64,000 bases of DNA, taken from NCBI RefSeq assembly GCF_000372725.1, contig NW_005201792.1, forward strand, positions 1,181,440 to 1,245,439, written 5' to 3'. A program made the translations under genes and the position numbers. The notes beneath the pieces were generated by a model. The model saw only the letters and a program-made list of their open reading frames with translations, was not told the origin of the DNA and made no database searches. Below are positions 12,030 to 24,386 of this stretch, one piece after another; positions within the stretch are counted from its first letter, which is position 1, and each line of letters begins with the position of its first letter. Source of the stretch: Emiliania huxleyi CCMP1516 (Eukaryota).

Positions 12030-12054
12030 GAGAGAGCGAGAGAGAGAGAGAGAG

Positions 12055-12124
<70 letters not shown>

Positions 12125-12140
12125 GAGGAGGAGGAGGAGG
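12030..12140. repeat. (GA)n microsatellite followed by (GGA)n
   Basis: Directly visible. Confidence 0.95.
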
Positions 12141-12231
12141 GGGGGGGAAGGGATCCAGGGAATAACGCCACGACGGGCACTTGTCCGCTTTCCGTCCACG
12201 TGGCGCCAACTTTGAAGCGAGCGAGCGACCG

Positions 12232-13955
12232 ATGTGGACACGCCATGCAGCTCCGCAGGAGCCGTTGGCGGGTGCCGAGCGAGAGGGCGCCCCGCCGTGT
12301 CGCGGCAACGCGTCGGACCTCGCATTCCCGACGACCGACGCGGCGCTGCACGCAGCCATGAGGCGATGCGGCGCGGTCGGCGAGCTGTCGTGTGGCGGCG
12401 ATTCAGAAGGCAGGCAGGCACGTGAAGAGGTCCGCCGCCTGCCGCGGCTGCTCCGCCGACTCAACTGCGCCGTGTTGCCTCGTGGCGCGCTCAGCGCTCA
12501 AGTCAATTTCTTGGCGCACGCGGCGGGCGTCCACGAGGACCTGCTGCCCCTGTATGCATTCAACGCCCTCAGCTCCAACCCAAACTCGACGGCGGAATTG
12601 GTGGTGGAGGACGCGGAGGACTTTGTGCTGAAGCACCACCAGGCGGCGGAGTTCCTCCTCGCCCGCTTTGGGCCCAGTGCTGTCTGCGTGCGGAAGAGCA
12701 TCGTCGTGAGCGGCGACGCGGCACGCAGATACCCCCTCCTTCCCACCTAGCACACCCTCTCCATCAGCGCTCGTAGCTGGCAGAGCTGGAGCCGGCCACC
12801 AGACAGCCTGGCACCGCCCCCTGCGGACGACGCGCGCACACACACCGGGCTCGGCGCTCCGCTGCAGGAGCAGAACACCGTCCGCTTCATGATTGCTCCT
12901 CAACGGCACGCAGAGTACACGTGCGCCGTGGGCCCGGCTCCGAGCGCGACGCGACCATACTGCGGAGCTTAAAGAGGCATTCCGTGTTAGGTACATTGGC
13001 GATGTTGACATCCTGCTGTCGGCGCCGCGCTGCCGCCGCCGCCACGTCGAAACTGCTACCGTCTCACACTTTGCGCTGATCGCAGGAGCCCGTCATCAAC
13101 GCCAAGCGGCTGCAGCAGATGCGGCACTATGGCCTCCCGTATAGCAACGTGCTGCGCGCCAGCGACAACTGCAGCCGCCTCACCGGAGTCATGCTGATGC
13201 GGACGCGCGACTACTACACGCCACGGCTCCTCTCTAACCAAGTGCACGGCTGCTTTGGGTGCCACCGTGACGAGGCGCGCGGGCCGAGAGAGGATCGCGC
13301 GGGTCGAGAGAAAGGCACTCTGCTCGCAGCCCCGCCTTGACGCCCCACAGGTCTACCTGCAGCGGCTGGTGCGTGCTTCAGGGCATGGCCTGCCGCCTTG
13401 TGGCGTCCGCGGCAGCCCGAAACTCGCGCGGTGAAACGCACCCACGAGTTGCGTGAGGCACCATCTTCCAGCCTCGAAACCGGCTCGCCTTCTGTTGCAG
13501 GTACCGCCCGATACACGGCGCGCACCTCAGCCTGAACCGCGGGCCGGAGCGGCGCATATGCCTCGCCGTCCCATCCGATGTGCGTCTGCGGCCACTTTTG
13601 CTCACTCGCGCAAGCGACCCCGGCCAACATGTGATCGGGGCAGCGTCGCCATCGCAGGCGGAGAGTTCGTGGTGTCAAGTGCTGCGGCAGCCCGCCCTCT
13701 CCGAGTTCCTCTGCCACAGCGCTGCCGGGCGCTCGATGCTGAGGGTGCGCCCCGATGCGAGCGCGCGCGCAAGCCGCTCCACACTCGCCGATGGCGGCGG
13801 TACGGGAGAACGCTCCCGCCTCAGCTGAGCTGTCTCCACCGACACCGCGTCAGGCCTTTGCGAGCAACATCGCCGCCGAGAGGGAGGGCAACTACCGCAC
13901 TGCGGACGATGCCGGGTCCCCGAACGGGAAATGCTGCCTGCCTAGTCGGCGATGA
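12232..13955 (+). CDS. Multi-exon protein with GT-A glycosyltransferase-like DxD motif
   Basis: Exon pieces EQNTVRFMIAP, YIGDVDILL, GLPYSNVLR...RLTGVML...YY, RPIHGAHLSLNRGP separated by short introns. Exon limits are approximate. Confidence 0.55.
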
Positions 13956-14492
13956 CTACTGTTGTCGAATGCTCAAGCATGCTGCATACGCTTGACGGAG
14001 GGTGTGAACGCGGGCTTAGAGTGAGGGTCAGAGAGCGGTGTTCGCACGGCCAAGGCCTGTTTCGCGGAAGAAGAGCTTTGGTATCATTCCATCTCTGACC
14101 CAGTGCGTGCGGTCCTCTGGGCCCACATAGGGTGGGGGGAAGACGGGGAAAAGAGAAAGAAAGCGGGAGTGTAAGGTGTGCCTATATGGGCTTCCAGTAT
14201 CGGACCTTCAAGACATGCGCTTTTGGCCGGTGGCCTCCTCGGACATGGTACCTCCGGTGAGATAGTTCGAGACTGGGGCCGATCGAACTTGACTTGTTCG
14301 GAGGAGGAATCCGGCCAGCACGGGTACAAAGAGGGGTACCCGGAGAATCCCCAGCTGCGGAAACGTAGTGTCGCTCAAGAGGTGCGATACTGTATCGGAC
14401 CTTCAAGACATGCGCTTTTGGTCGATGGACTGAGCCGCGCACTTTTTCTTCTCAAAGACGCCGTGCACGGCGTGTCGACACAGCTCTCGAAT

Positions 14493-16442
14493 ATGTCGTC
14501 GACTCCCCTGTGGACGGGCTCGTACATCGAAGGCCACGGCGCCTGCCGCGTCGGGAGCCTCGCCAACTCGCTGCCCGGCCACTTCGACGAGAAGTGGCGC
14601 GTCGAGATTGCGGAGTGCAAACGGCTGTGCGACAGCCACCGCTGGTGCGAGGCTTTTGAGTACGGCTCCGCCACAGGCTATATGCGATGCGAGCTCCACC
14701 GAATCCTCCCGACGCACGCGCTGCCGATGCCGTCCTACACCTGCTTCGTCAAGGACACGCCGCCGGCTCGCGTGCACTGGGGAGGCAGCAGCAGCCAGGG
14801 AGGAGGCAGCACGGCCGCCGCCACCAGCAGCGCTCTCGTGCCGCCTCCGCTCTCGGCGCCGTCGCCGCTGGTAGCGCCACCGCCGCCGCCTGCCCCGCCG
14901 CCGCCGCCGCCGCCTCCGGCCCCCGGCATGCCTGGCAACGCGCCCCGGCCACCTCAAGTTCTGCCTCAAGTTCTGCCGGTGGCTTGGTCGCACCAAGGAG
15001 TCCAGACTGGCGGAGGGGCGGCGGGATGGCAGGGCGCGTCGGGCGGCGGCGTCGGGTCGGGCAGCGTCGCTGCGCCGAGCGGCGGCATCGCTGCGCCCGG
15101 CGGGACGCTGGGCGCCTTAGCCTCGCCCGCCTCTGCCTCGCCCGCCTCTGCCTCGCCCGCCTCTGCGAGTCGCTTCCCGACCGCGCGTCGCTACGGCACC
15201 GCGATCGGCAGCACGGGCACGGGCGCGGGCTCGCACAGCGCCGATTGCACCGTCAGCCCGTACAAGGACCTGCGCCGCTGCGACTTTACCGGGCAGAGCC
15301 TCTACCTCGCCAACTTCGAGCACGGCGTCGCGGACCAGCTGGCGCTGGTGCGAGCGGACCTGACGTACGCGAAGCTGGACTACGCGCAGATGCGCGACGC
15401 CGACCTGACCAACGCAACCTGCCGGCACGCGACGACCTCGCGGACCCTCGGGGGGGAGGGGGGGGGGGTGCACGGGCTCCTCACCCAGTCGAGTCGGTGA
15501 CACAGGAGCGAGCTCCACTAACCCTAACCCTAACCCTAACCCTAATCCTCACCCAGTCGGGTCGGTGACACAGGAGCATGCTCCATGCCCATGGCTCCAT
15601 GCCCACATGGCTCCATGCACAGGTACGCGAGCCTCAAGTCGACGAACCTGAAGGGCGCGACCTTCGACGGCGCGGACCTGACGCAGGCGCTGATGGAGGG
15701 GGCCACACTCACGGACGCCTCCTTCGTCAACGCGACCGCCGGCGCCGTGCGGCCTCGACGGGCGCGACATCTCCCACACAGACACGTCCCTGACGCGTCC
15801 CAGTGACGTGGCCGCACAGGCTCCGCCGTTCTCAAGGGCGCGCTCGCCGCGAACGCCAACTTCGCCCGCGCCATGCTCAACAATGCCGAGATGGAGACGC
15901 TGCAGGCGCCGGGGGCGCGCTTCGAGTATGCGAGCCTGATGTACGCCGACTTCTCGAAGAGCAACTTGCGCGGTGCAACCTTCGTCGGCACCGTCTTCTC
16001 CTTCACCTCCTTCAAGGAGGCGGACCTCACGGGCACAAACTGGATCCGCGCTTCGGGCCTCGAGACGTGCGACTTCACAGGCGCAATCTCCGCACCGTAC
16101 GTCCTCGCCACGGTCGTGCTGCCGCCGCCGCCCCCGCCGCCCGAGGAGCCGGAGCTGCCGCCCGGCCTCTTTTTCCAGTACGCCCCGCCAGCGCCCGCGG
16201 CCGCAGCGCAGACTCGTCCCGGCTACGGCCCCGGAGGCGTGCGCGTGGTCACGCGCCCGCCACCCCCGCCGTACGCCTACGTCTACGGCGGCGCACCCAC
16301 CACGACCGCGCCCGCAGCCACACCTGCAGCAACGCCCGCAGCAGCGCCCGCAGCCACGCCCGCGGCAGCGCCCGCAGCGAGCCCGGCCGCTTACAATTAC
16401 CTGTACAGCGCGGGCTCGTACCCCCAATTCACGGGCCGCTGA
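14493..16442 (+). CDS. Pentapeptide-repeat protein with Cys-rich PAN/apple-like N-terminal domain and Pro-rich linkers; 2 introns
   Basis: ECKRLCDSHRWCEAFEY...CELH. A(D/N)Lxx pentapeptide runs (ADLTY, AKLDY, ADLTN, TNLKG, ATFDG, ADFSK, SNLRG). Confidence 0.8.
15518..15545 (+). repeat. Interstitial telomeric repeat (CCCTAA)n inside an intron
   Basis: CTAACCCTAACCCTAACCCTAACCCTAA flanked by a 40-bp duplication. Confidence 0.95.
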
Positions 16443-16997
16443 GTAAGAGAGAGCAACTCGTGGGACCAGCACGTGCACATGCTAGCAACATGTGTGCGCG
16501 TGTGTGCTACGGCCCCACAGTCCCCACAGAGTCAGTGTGCGAGATGTTTCTCTCTCACCTCTCCGTGTCTGTGTCCGCTGATGTCTCGCTGCCTGGTGCC
16601 TCGCGCAGGCACCTTGCACCATAATCCAATTTCCGTATGTACGGCTTAAGCGCGCCCCCGCGCGTAAAGCCGTACTGCGTAAGCCGTAACACACACGACG
16701 ACATCGACAAACAAAAATGGACAAATATTGCGGGAAGCAAAGTGTACACGCACGGCACGGCTTTACACTGTCACTGATCGCACGGGGCACGGCAGGCCAC
16801 AAGCGGCCAACGGCCTCACTTGACGCGTCTCACTCACAGGTTCTCACACAACCGATTACGTCATGTCTCATGATCCACGCCGCACTGTCACCGGCACCGA
16901 TCGGTCCGCCCAACTTGCTCCTCGAGAAACGACGGCGGGTCATCGCGACTCCTCGCCCGGGCTTTGCGAGAGACGAGTCTCTCAGAGAGGAGAGGGC

Positions 16998-19380
16998 TCA
17001 CACGGCGGCTCCAGCGCACAGGTCGGACTCGATCTCCTGCCAGCTGAGGTCGTGTGAGCAGGGGCTCGGCAGCAGCTGCGGGCTGGCCAGCTGCCGCGGG
17101 CTCGCGCCCAGGCTCGCGCCATCGCCTTTTGCGCCCGCCGTCGGCGTCGCGGAAGGGTCGAGGTAGTGGTGGTTGGGGTAGGGGTGCGGGTAGAAGCCGC
17201 CGGCGTAGACGGGTGCGCCCACGTGCTGTGGCATGGCGGCGTGGGCCATGGCGGGGTGGGCACCGCGCGCAAGGCCGGCGGCGTGCGCGGCGTGAGGGTG
17301 CAGCGGCGCGGCGGTCGGCCGGTCGTTCGCCTGCGGGACGCGTGTCACGGACGTGTCACGGACGTGTCACGGGCGTGTCACGGACGTGTCCACACGGACA
17401 CCGGGAGTGGAGGGTGTCGCTGCTGCGGGGTGAGGGCCAGGCCGGCGCGCGCCTGCTGCAGCTCGCGGAACTCAAAGTCGAACTGGTCGGTGGGCGGGCC
17501 GGCGTCGGGCGCTGCCGCGGCCGGCGGCGCGGCCGGCGCGAAGGCAGGGTCCATGCAGTCTTGGCCGAGGCCGATGCTGCTGAGGGTGGCGGAGAGGCCG
17601 GTCTTGAGCTGCGGCCGCGGAGGCGGCGGGAGCGTGAAGTAGGCTGGAGCAGAGCCTGGCGGGAGAGCGGCGGCGGGAGGGTAGCCGCTCTCGCCGCCGC
17701 CTGCCTGGCCCTGGCCGGCTCCGCTCCAGCCCTCGCCGCCGTTCGCGGGAGGCATGGCCGCAGGGCACGGCGCCTGCGGCGGGTACCCTTGCGAGGGGGG
17801 GTACCCTTGCGAGGGGGGGTACCCTTGCGAGGGGTGGCCGTCGTACGCGGCGCCGTAGTACCCTGCGGTGTACCCTGCGCCTGCGTAGTAGTAGCCGCCC
17901 GCCCCTGCATACGCCACCAGCGGAGGCGGCCCTGCTCCTGTCCCGACGCCTGCCCCTGCCATCCCGGCCCCTGCCATCCCGACTCCTGCCACAGGCGGGT
18001 AGGCGCCGCCCTGTTCCTGCGGCCTCGGGAGCCTCGGGAAGGCGCTGACGCCCGGCGGCTCTCGGCCGAACGCAGAGAGAGACAGGGCGCCGTCCCCGGC
18101 GGGAAGGTGCTGCGCCCAGAAGGGCTGGTCCCCCGCGACCGCAGCTGCCCTCTGCGCGCCCCAGGACGGCCCCGTAGTAGCCGGAGGAGGGCCTTGCCAC
18201 AGCTGGTCCCCTTGCGGGCGGCCCTGCTGAGGCGTCTGCTGCGGGCGCGCCCGCTGCTTGGGCCGGCTCTGCGGCGGTGCCACGGGCCGCGCCGCCGCCT
18301 CCTTGATGCGCTGCGTCGCGTACGCGCCGAGTTCGGCGCCCTTTCGGACGAGCGCCTCCTCGCCCTCGACCGCCTCGCTCGAGAGGGCGGGGCAGACGTG
18401 GCCGCGCTTGGGCTGGCCGCACCGGCGGCAGCGGTAGCCGAGGATGCCTGGAGGGGGGGGGGGGGGGGGGGGAAGCGCGGCGCTGCGGAGAGCCAGCGGA
18501 AGGCGCGGGGCACGCACACCCTTCGACTGGTTCTCCTCTCGCATCTCCAGTGCTCGCTCCATGCGAGTCCAGCGGTTGCGCACGCCGTTGTCCGTCCGGC
18601 CGGGGAGGCACCTGCGCGTCGTCGCGGGGAGCGGTGCGGCTCTCTCTACCGCCTGTGGCGACACACAGTCTTGTCCCGCACGGCGACAACACGCCCCCCT
18701 CGCCCTCTTCTACCTATAGCCCTCTACAGCGGAGGCGCGCTTGGCGATCGCCGACCAGCGCTTGCCGGACTGCTGAACCATCTGAAGGATGACGAGGTCC
18801 TCCTCGACCGTCCAAGAGGGCACGCGGCTGCTGTCGCTGCGTAAGCTGCGCCCTCCGCCCCAGCCCCGCCCGCCGCCTCGCCCCGCCCGCCGAGGCCTCG
18901 GCGCCGACCCGTTGTCGTCTTGGTCGTCGCTGAAGGGCAGCGCCGCCCCCTCTTGGCCGAGGCCCGCTTGCTGCGGGAGGCGGAGGGCCTCGAGGTCGCC
19001 GTCGAGGTCCTTGTCCGGGCTCTCGAGCGGGAGGATGGCCGGCGAGGGCAGCAGGGAGGGCAGGCCGCTCGAGCCCGCAGGGTCGGCCGTCGCCTCCTCG
19101 CCGCTGCTGCTGCCCCCGAAGACTGCCTGCCGCTCGTTTGCCGTCGCGGCCACCTGCGCCTGTGGGGACGGCGCGGCGATGGGGGCGAGGGGAGGAGGCG
19201 AGGGGGAGGAGGCGGGAGCGGCGAGAGGGCGGCACCTTGAAGGCCTCGAGTTGGCGGAGCACGTTCGTCTCCTGCTGCGGCTCCGCCGACGCCTCGGGGT
19301 GCTCGCCGACCGAGGCCGCAAGAAAGCCCACGCCGCGGTGGGCGTCCGGCGCCTGCGGCAACGTACGCACACGGGCACTC
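16998..19380 (-). CDS. Myb-domain transcription factor with YRC..CGQPKRGHVC Zn-knuckle-like motif; start codon not resolved
   Basis: WTVEEDLVILQMVQQSGKRWSAIAK / CLPGRTDNGVRNRWTR split by a GC-AG intron; GYRCRRCGQPKRGHVC. Confidence 0.8.
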
Positions 19381-19934
19381 GCGCCGGGGTGGCCGCGGTG
19401 GCGGCAGGGAGGCAGCAGGGACCCCCGGAGCGCGCGAGACTCTGCTTGGAGCTTGCCGTCTGTCGTCGTGTGGGACAAACACCCTCTCGCCGATAGCTGA
19501 CTAGATGCGCACCTCCCCGGCGTTGCCTTTGGCTGCTGCCGGCGCGGCGACACCGTCCCCTGCGGCCACCTTTTTGTGGACCGGGCTAGGCAAAGGCGAG
19601 CAGAAGTTGCCCGCGGCTCCCGCCTGCGGCTCACACACTGGCCGTGTGCGTGTTTGCTTAACGGCGTAGCCCGAGACGGCGTCCCCACTGCCGATGAGGG
19701 AGGCCGCAGCACCGCGGTCGGCGCCGACCTCGATCGAGAGTTCCCGCATCAAAGGCGTTCGCTTCCGATCACTGAATCAAGGACACTGTCTGATGAAGAA
19801 AAAAGGAAGAGACGGATGTTCTCATTGGTGTCCAGTCCGAGCCTGGATGTTCTTCACCTTTCTACCTACCTACCTAGGTGGATATCCTTTGGCCGCGTTG
19901 GGTAGCGAGGTTCTACATCTACAGCTCTACAGCG

Positions 19935-20228
19935 ATAAACTCGAGGGACCAAAATATCGCTGCGCTATAGGCTCACAGTGTCACAGATGGCCAAAATACG
20001 CGGAGAGGAGAGCGGAGTCACGCAGAAAGGCGAGAGAAGCAGCGAGAGCAAGAGATCGGCAGACGACAGCGGCTCAGAACGAGGCCGAGGAGAGCGATGA
20101 GTCAGGGGAAGAGACAGCAGGAGAGAGAACGACGAGAGTGGGAAGAACGCGAGGTGGCATGAAGGTCGCTGCGAGAATCGCGTCCTCCCATCCCTCCCTT
20201 GGGTTGTCTGTTTTCTTTCTTTCTTTTT
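19935..20228 (+). mobile_element. 5'-truncated copy of the (TTTC)n-tailed non-LTR element, 13-bp TSD
   Basis: TSD CAGCTCTACAGCG at 19922-19934 and 20229-20241. Homologous to 11270-11612. Confidence 0.8.
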
Positions 20229-20888
20229 CAGCTCTACAGCGCTCACAGCTCAGTGCTCTAGGTACACTCTACATACATGCTCTTCATGCACCCTCCCTTC
20301 AGGCGAAAGCCTGCCTGCCTGTCTCCTGCCTGTCTGTGTGTCGCGTTTTTGTGTCGCGAACGAACGAACGCGATATACTCGGGGCTCCCCCCTCCGTGTG
20401 AGGGACCGTGAACATCTTTAGCTTGTGAGCCAGGAAAAGGGTTGTAGATATGAAGTCAGTTGTAGAGGAGAGAGAGAGAGAGATTTTTAGCAATACCAAA
20501 CAACTCTAACACTCACACATCATTTGGGGCCTGGAGCCCTGTTTGTTTTGTTTGTATATGTATAGAGAGAGAGGGCACACAACACACACACACACAGTCA
20601 CACACACACACACACACGCACTCCCGGGGTCTCTTGGAGCAGAGCCGCGGGGCGAGCCCTCGAGGGTCCTCGAGAGGGATATCCCGGGGTGGGAGGGCCT
20701 CTACCGGCCAGGGCGAATGCAACCTGGAAAGAAGTGGAGCTGCGACGGGAAGAAGCTCCTGGAAACCGCAGGTCCGTCAACTTCACAAGATTCACGTCAC
20801 GCGCTAACCAAAGAAGGTGTGCTTCGCCCTCCTTACGCCGCAGACGTTCCACAGTGCGCGCCGCCGCCGCTGTGGGGAGAGGCGGTCG

Positions 20889-22275
20889 ATGGGGCTAGGG
20901 TTGACCCTCACCGTCCGTCGCAAGAAGCCGGCGGTGGTCGTCAACTCGCAGGGCAAAGGGCAGACCGGTCCGGCCGACCCGCTTGCAGGGGTCGAGAGCG
21001 TGCAGCCTGGGCGGCTCAGAGACAAGGAGCTTGAGCGGCTCGACAAGATTCAGGCGATTCGCAACAGCTCGAGCGTCGCCGACACCATCATCCACACCTC
21101 CCTCGATCTCTCCGACGCCTCCTCCGAGCCCTCGACGAGCTCGCGGAGCAATGCGCACATCACTCTCGGCAGCGGCGCAGCCAGCCCCGACGAGGCTGTG
21201 GCAGCCTCCGAAGCGCCGAGCCGAGGCCAAGCGCCACCCGAGACCGCGGCGTCGATTGAGCCAGCCGTCGCCGTGTCCAAGACGACCCAGGCTCCGGCCT
21301 CGTCCCCGTGCGCGGCGCGCGGCGCCGGCGCCGCCGGCTCGAGGGCCGCACCTCCCAAGACAAACCCGCCGCGAGAGGGGCAGCGTCGCGATCCGGCCGC
21401 GCCGCTGTTGAAGACGTACGCGACGCCACCGCCGAAGCGCGCCGTGCCGGCTGGGAAGAGCGCGTCTGAGCGCGGGCGAGGCGACTCGCTCCCGACGCCT
21501 TCGGCCTGGGCCGGCGGTGGCGCTGCGGTGGGCGGGGCCAGCGGTGGCGCTGCGGTGGGCGGGGCCAGCGGTGGCGATACGGCTGCGGCGGGCGATGACC
21601 GATACGGCACGGAGCAGCTGGAAGCCGAGGGGGGGCTGCTCGCCACGCTCGCGAAGGCCGCCAAGGCGATCGGCATGGAAGAGCACCTCGACGCGCTGCT
21701 GCAACACGCGAGCCGGGCCAAGCAGACGGCCAGCGGCTTCACGCGGCTGCAAGAGCCGGGCGCTGGCGGGGCGGTGTCCGACAAGTCGGCGGCGGCCAAG
21801 CCCTTCCAGGCGCAACTCAGCGAGCTCCTCTCCCACTACGGCGTGCCCAGCTCGAAGCAGTCCCTGGCGAAGTGGGTGCAGGGAACGGTTCGGAAGTGCG
21901 TGGATCGCACGCCGTGCGGCAGCGCCCTGCGCTCGGCCTCGAATGCGCGTCCTCGATGGCTGTCAAAGTGCCTACCCAAGCCGGGCGCGGGCTCCGCCTC
22001 GAAGGCACCCGAGCCGCAGTTCCGCGACGCTCTCGACCACGTGGGGAGGCAGCAGCGCGAGGGGATCGAGATCCTCCGGAGAGCGCGCCGCGCTGTGGCT
22101 GGCGTGGGAGCCGCTGCCTGAGCGCCGCTGCGCGGCGCCGACGCCGCCCTGTCCGCGCAGGCGCCGGAGGAGGGGGCGGTGCGGACGGGAGGGAGGAGGA
22201 CTGCCACTGCTCTGCTGGGAGGCTGACTGCTCGAGCAGCACGCCACTCGCGGACCCCCCCCCCTGGCGAGGATAA
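20889..22275 (+). CDS. Hypothetical protein (low complexity; 3' exon structure uncertain)
   Basis: Long GC3-rich ORF 20817..22121 with ATG at 20889. No recognisable domain. Confidence 0.5.
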
Positions 22276-22508
22276 TCTAGGATACCGCACGCGTCTCGAG
22301 CGAGCCCTGAGCCTCGCCCGGCTGCCCGCCTCTTCTGCCCTCTCGGGGAGCGAGATGTTGCATTGTTGTGGTTATTGTGGTTGCATGTGTTCTTCCATTC
22401 CTCTCTGTCAGATGCCGCCGTGCGCGAGCATTGTTATGTTATTCAGGCTGCATTTTTTCTTTTCAGCGATCTTCGGTCTGGCGCGGCCACAACACGACCA
22501 CCGGAGCC

Positions 22509-23792
22509 ATGGCCTCATTACGTCTCCTGAGGCGCGGCTGCTGCACGGCGCCCGCAGGCTTCGCTCAGCCGAGCCGCGTGTGGGGGAAGAGCAGCCTGCG
22601 GTGCGCGTGACGCCTCCGCGCTTTGCCCGCTGGAAGCGCACACGCTCCCTCCTCACGTTGCGAGTGGCGCCGGCTGCGCAGGTGTGGTGCGCTGGGCATG
22701 AAGTGTGGGATGACGCAGGCGTGGCAGCCCGACGGCAAGGTGGTGCCGCTCACCATCATCGAGGTGCAGGACGTGCAGGTGGTGCAGGCAAAGCGCGTGC
22801 CGACCTCAGAGGGAGAGGGGCTCAACCTGCAGCTGGGCAGCGGCTGGCAGAAGCGGAAGCGGCTCAACCGGCCCGACGCCGGCCAGTTCGAGTCGCGCGG
22901 CCTGCCCCTCAAGCGCTACTTGCGCGAGTTCCGCGTCTCTGAGGATGCGCAGCTGCCAGTCGGCATGCGGCCAGCCCACGCGCCACAGTGCCTGAGGAAG
23001 CTTGCGTGGGATCTCCTCGGAGCCTTCCTCTAGGCACGACCATCTGCGCGCGCCACTTTGTGCCCGGCCAGTTCGTGGACGTGCAGGGGACGAGCAAGGG
23101 GAAGGGGTTCGAAGGCGTGATGCGCCGGTACGGCTTTGCAGGGCAGCCGCGCTCGCACGGCCACTCCCTCTCTCACCGCAGCGGAGGCTCGCTCGGCGGC
23201 GCCGCGGGCTCGCTGTACGCCACGCGCGTCATGCCCGGCAAAAAGGCGCCCCGCCCCGCCCCGCCCGCCGCGCTCGTGCTTGCGCCGACTCGCCGCCGCC
23301 GCCGGCTCGCAGATGCCCGGCCGGATGGGGGGCAAGGTGCGGACGGCGCACTCGCTGCTGGTCTACCGCGTGGACGCGGAGCACGGGCGAGCAGCGCCAG
23401 GGGAGGGGAGGGGCCGAGGGTCGCGGCTCGAGCAGCCCGCCCCCGTGTCCGCAGGCTGGTCTACCTGAAGGGCACGATCCCAGGCGGCAAGGGGTCGCTG
23501 GTCCGGCTCAAGGAGCGCCTCTATAGAAGAGAGGGGGGTGGGGGCGGGGGGAGCGTAGGAGCTGAGTCACGAGGGCTCGCTCGTCCTCCAGGACGCGACG
23601 CGCAAGCGGATGGACACCTCCGGCAGAGGGCACCACCGCCTCCCTCCCTTCCCCACCTGGCTGCCGGGCGACGACGAGACAGGCGCAGAGACGAGCCGCG
23701 TCACGAGCCACACGCGCGCACGCCTCCCAACGCCCGCGCCGTTGGTTGCAGGTGGCGATGTGACCGAGGCGCCGCTCGCGCGTCCTTTGTGA
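22509..23792 (+). CDS. MRPL3: Mitochondrial ribosomal protein uL3, multi-exon
   Basis: [90 protein letters not shown]. Arg-rich presequence. Confidence 0.92.
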
Positions 23793-24386
23793 TACAACAC
23801 TGCGTCTCGGAGCATGCAGGGAGGAGACGAGAGATGCCGTATCCTGGCCTCGTCGTGTGGAATCCTCGTGTGGAATCCCACTCTCTCTTGACGCGTTGCG
23901 GCCGCCAGCCGCGCCGCGCGCGCGGGTGGCAAGCTGGTGGCGAGCTCGAGCGAGCCGGCGGCGCAACTGTGTGTACTGTACAGTGCGCGGCTGCAAAACA
24001 GTAGGAAACTAGGGTCTTGCCTCTTGCTCTCGTTTGTTCTCGCGGGTCCTCGCTCTCTATAATATATGTAGCTCTTGTGAGTTGCGCTGTCCCCCCGGAG
24101 CGGTCGCCCGGGTGAACCGTGTCGGCGTGTGGAGGGCGCGCACAGGCTGTGGCCACAGGGGTCTCCCGGTGTCCGGCTCTCTGTCAGTGAGAGAGTCAGA
24201 GTCCCGTCACTGACGCACTGAGACACTGTGAGGGGCGCGGGGCGGAAGGATATTTAAGCGTTCACATTATAACAATCAGATGTACCCACCGCCACGCTCG
24301 GTTGCGCCCTGCAAGAACTCTCCGACACACGAGAATAAACACATGGTTCACGGACCGCAGGAGCTCGCGCGAGGGCGAGATATAGG

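Noticed and set aside
14197..14421. 30-bp direct repeat (14197-14226, 14392-14421) as LTRs or a duplicate-and-fill intron
   Set aside because: Upstream of the likely start codon, with no PBS/PPT or splice logic. Real but uninterpretable.
16639..16674. Small hairpin GTACGGCTT...AAGCCGTAC as a terminator
   Set aside because: Eukaryotic context and no U-tract. Probably a repeat-element end.
19781..19835. Hammerhead ribozyme (GGACAC...CTGATGA...GTGTCC)
   Set aside because: No proper stem II/GAAA/stem III geometry could be built.
11948..20511. ~40-bp inverted pair as TIRs of an 8.5-kb transposon
   Set aside because: The left copy has its own 11-bp TSD and (TC)n tail, so these are two independent retroposon ends.
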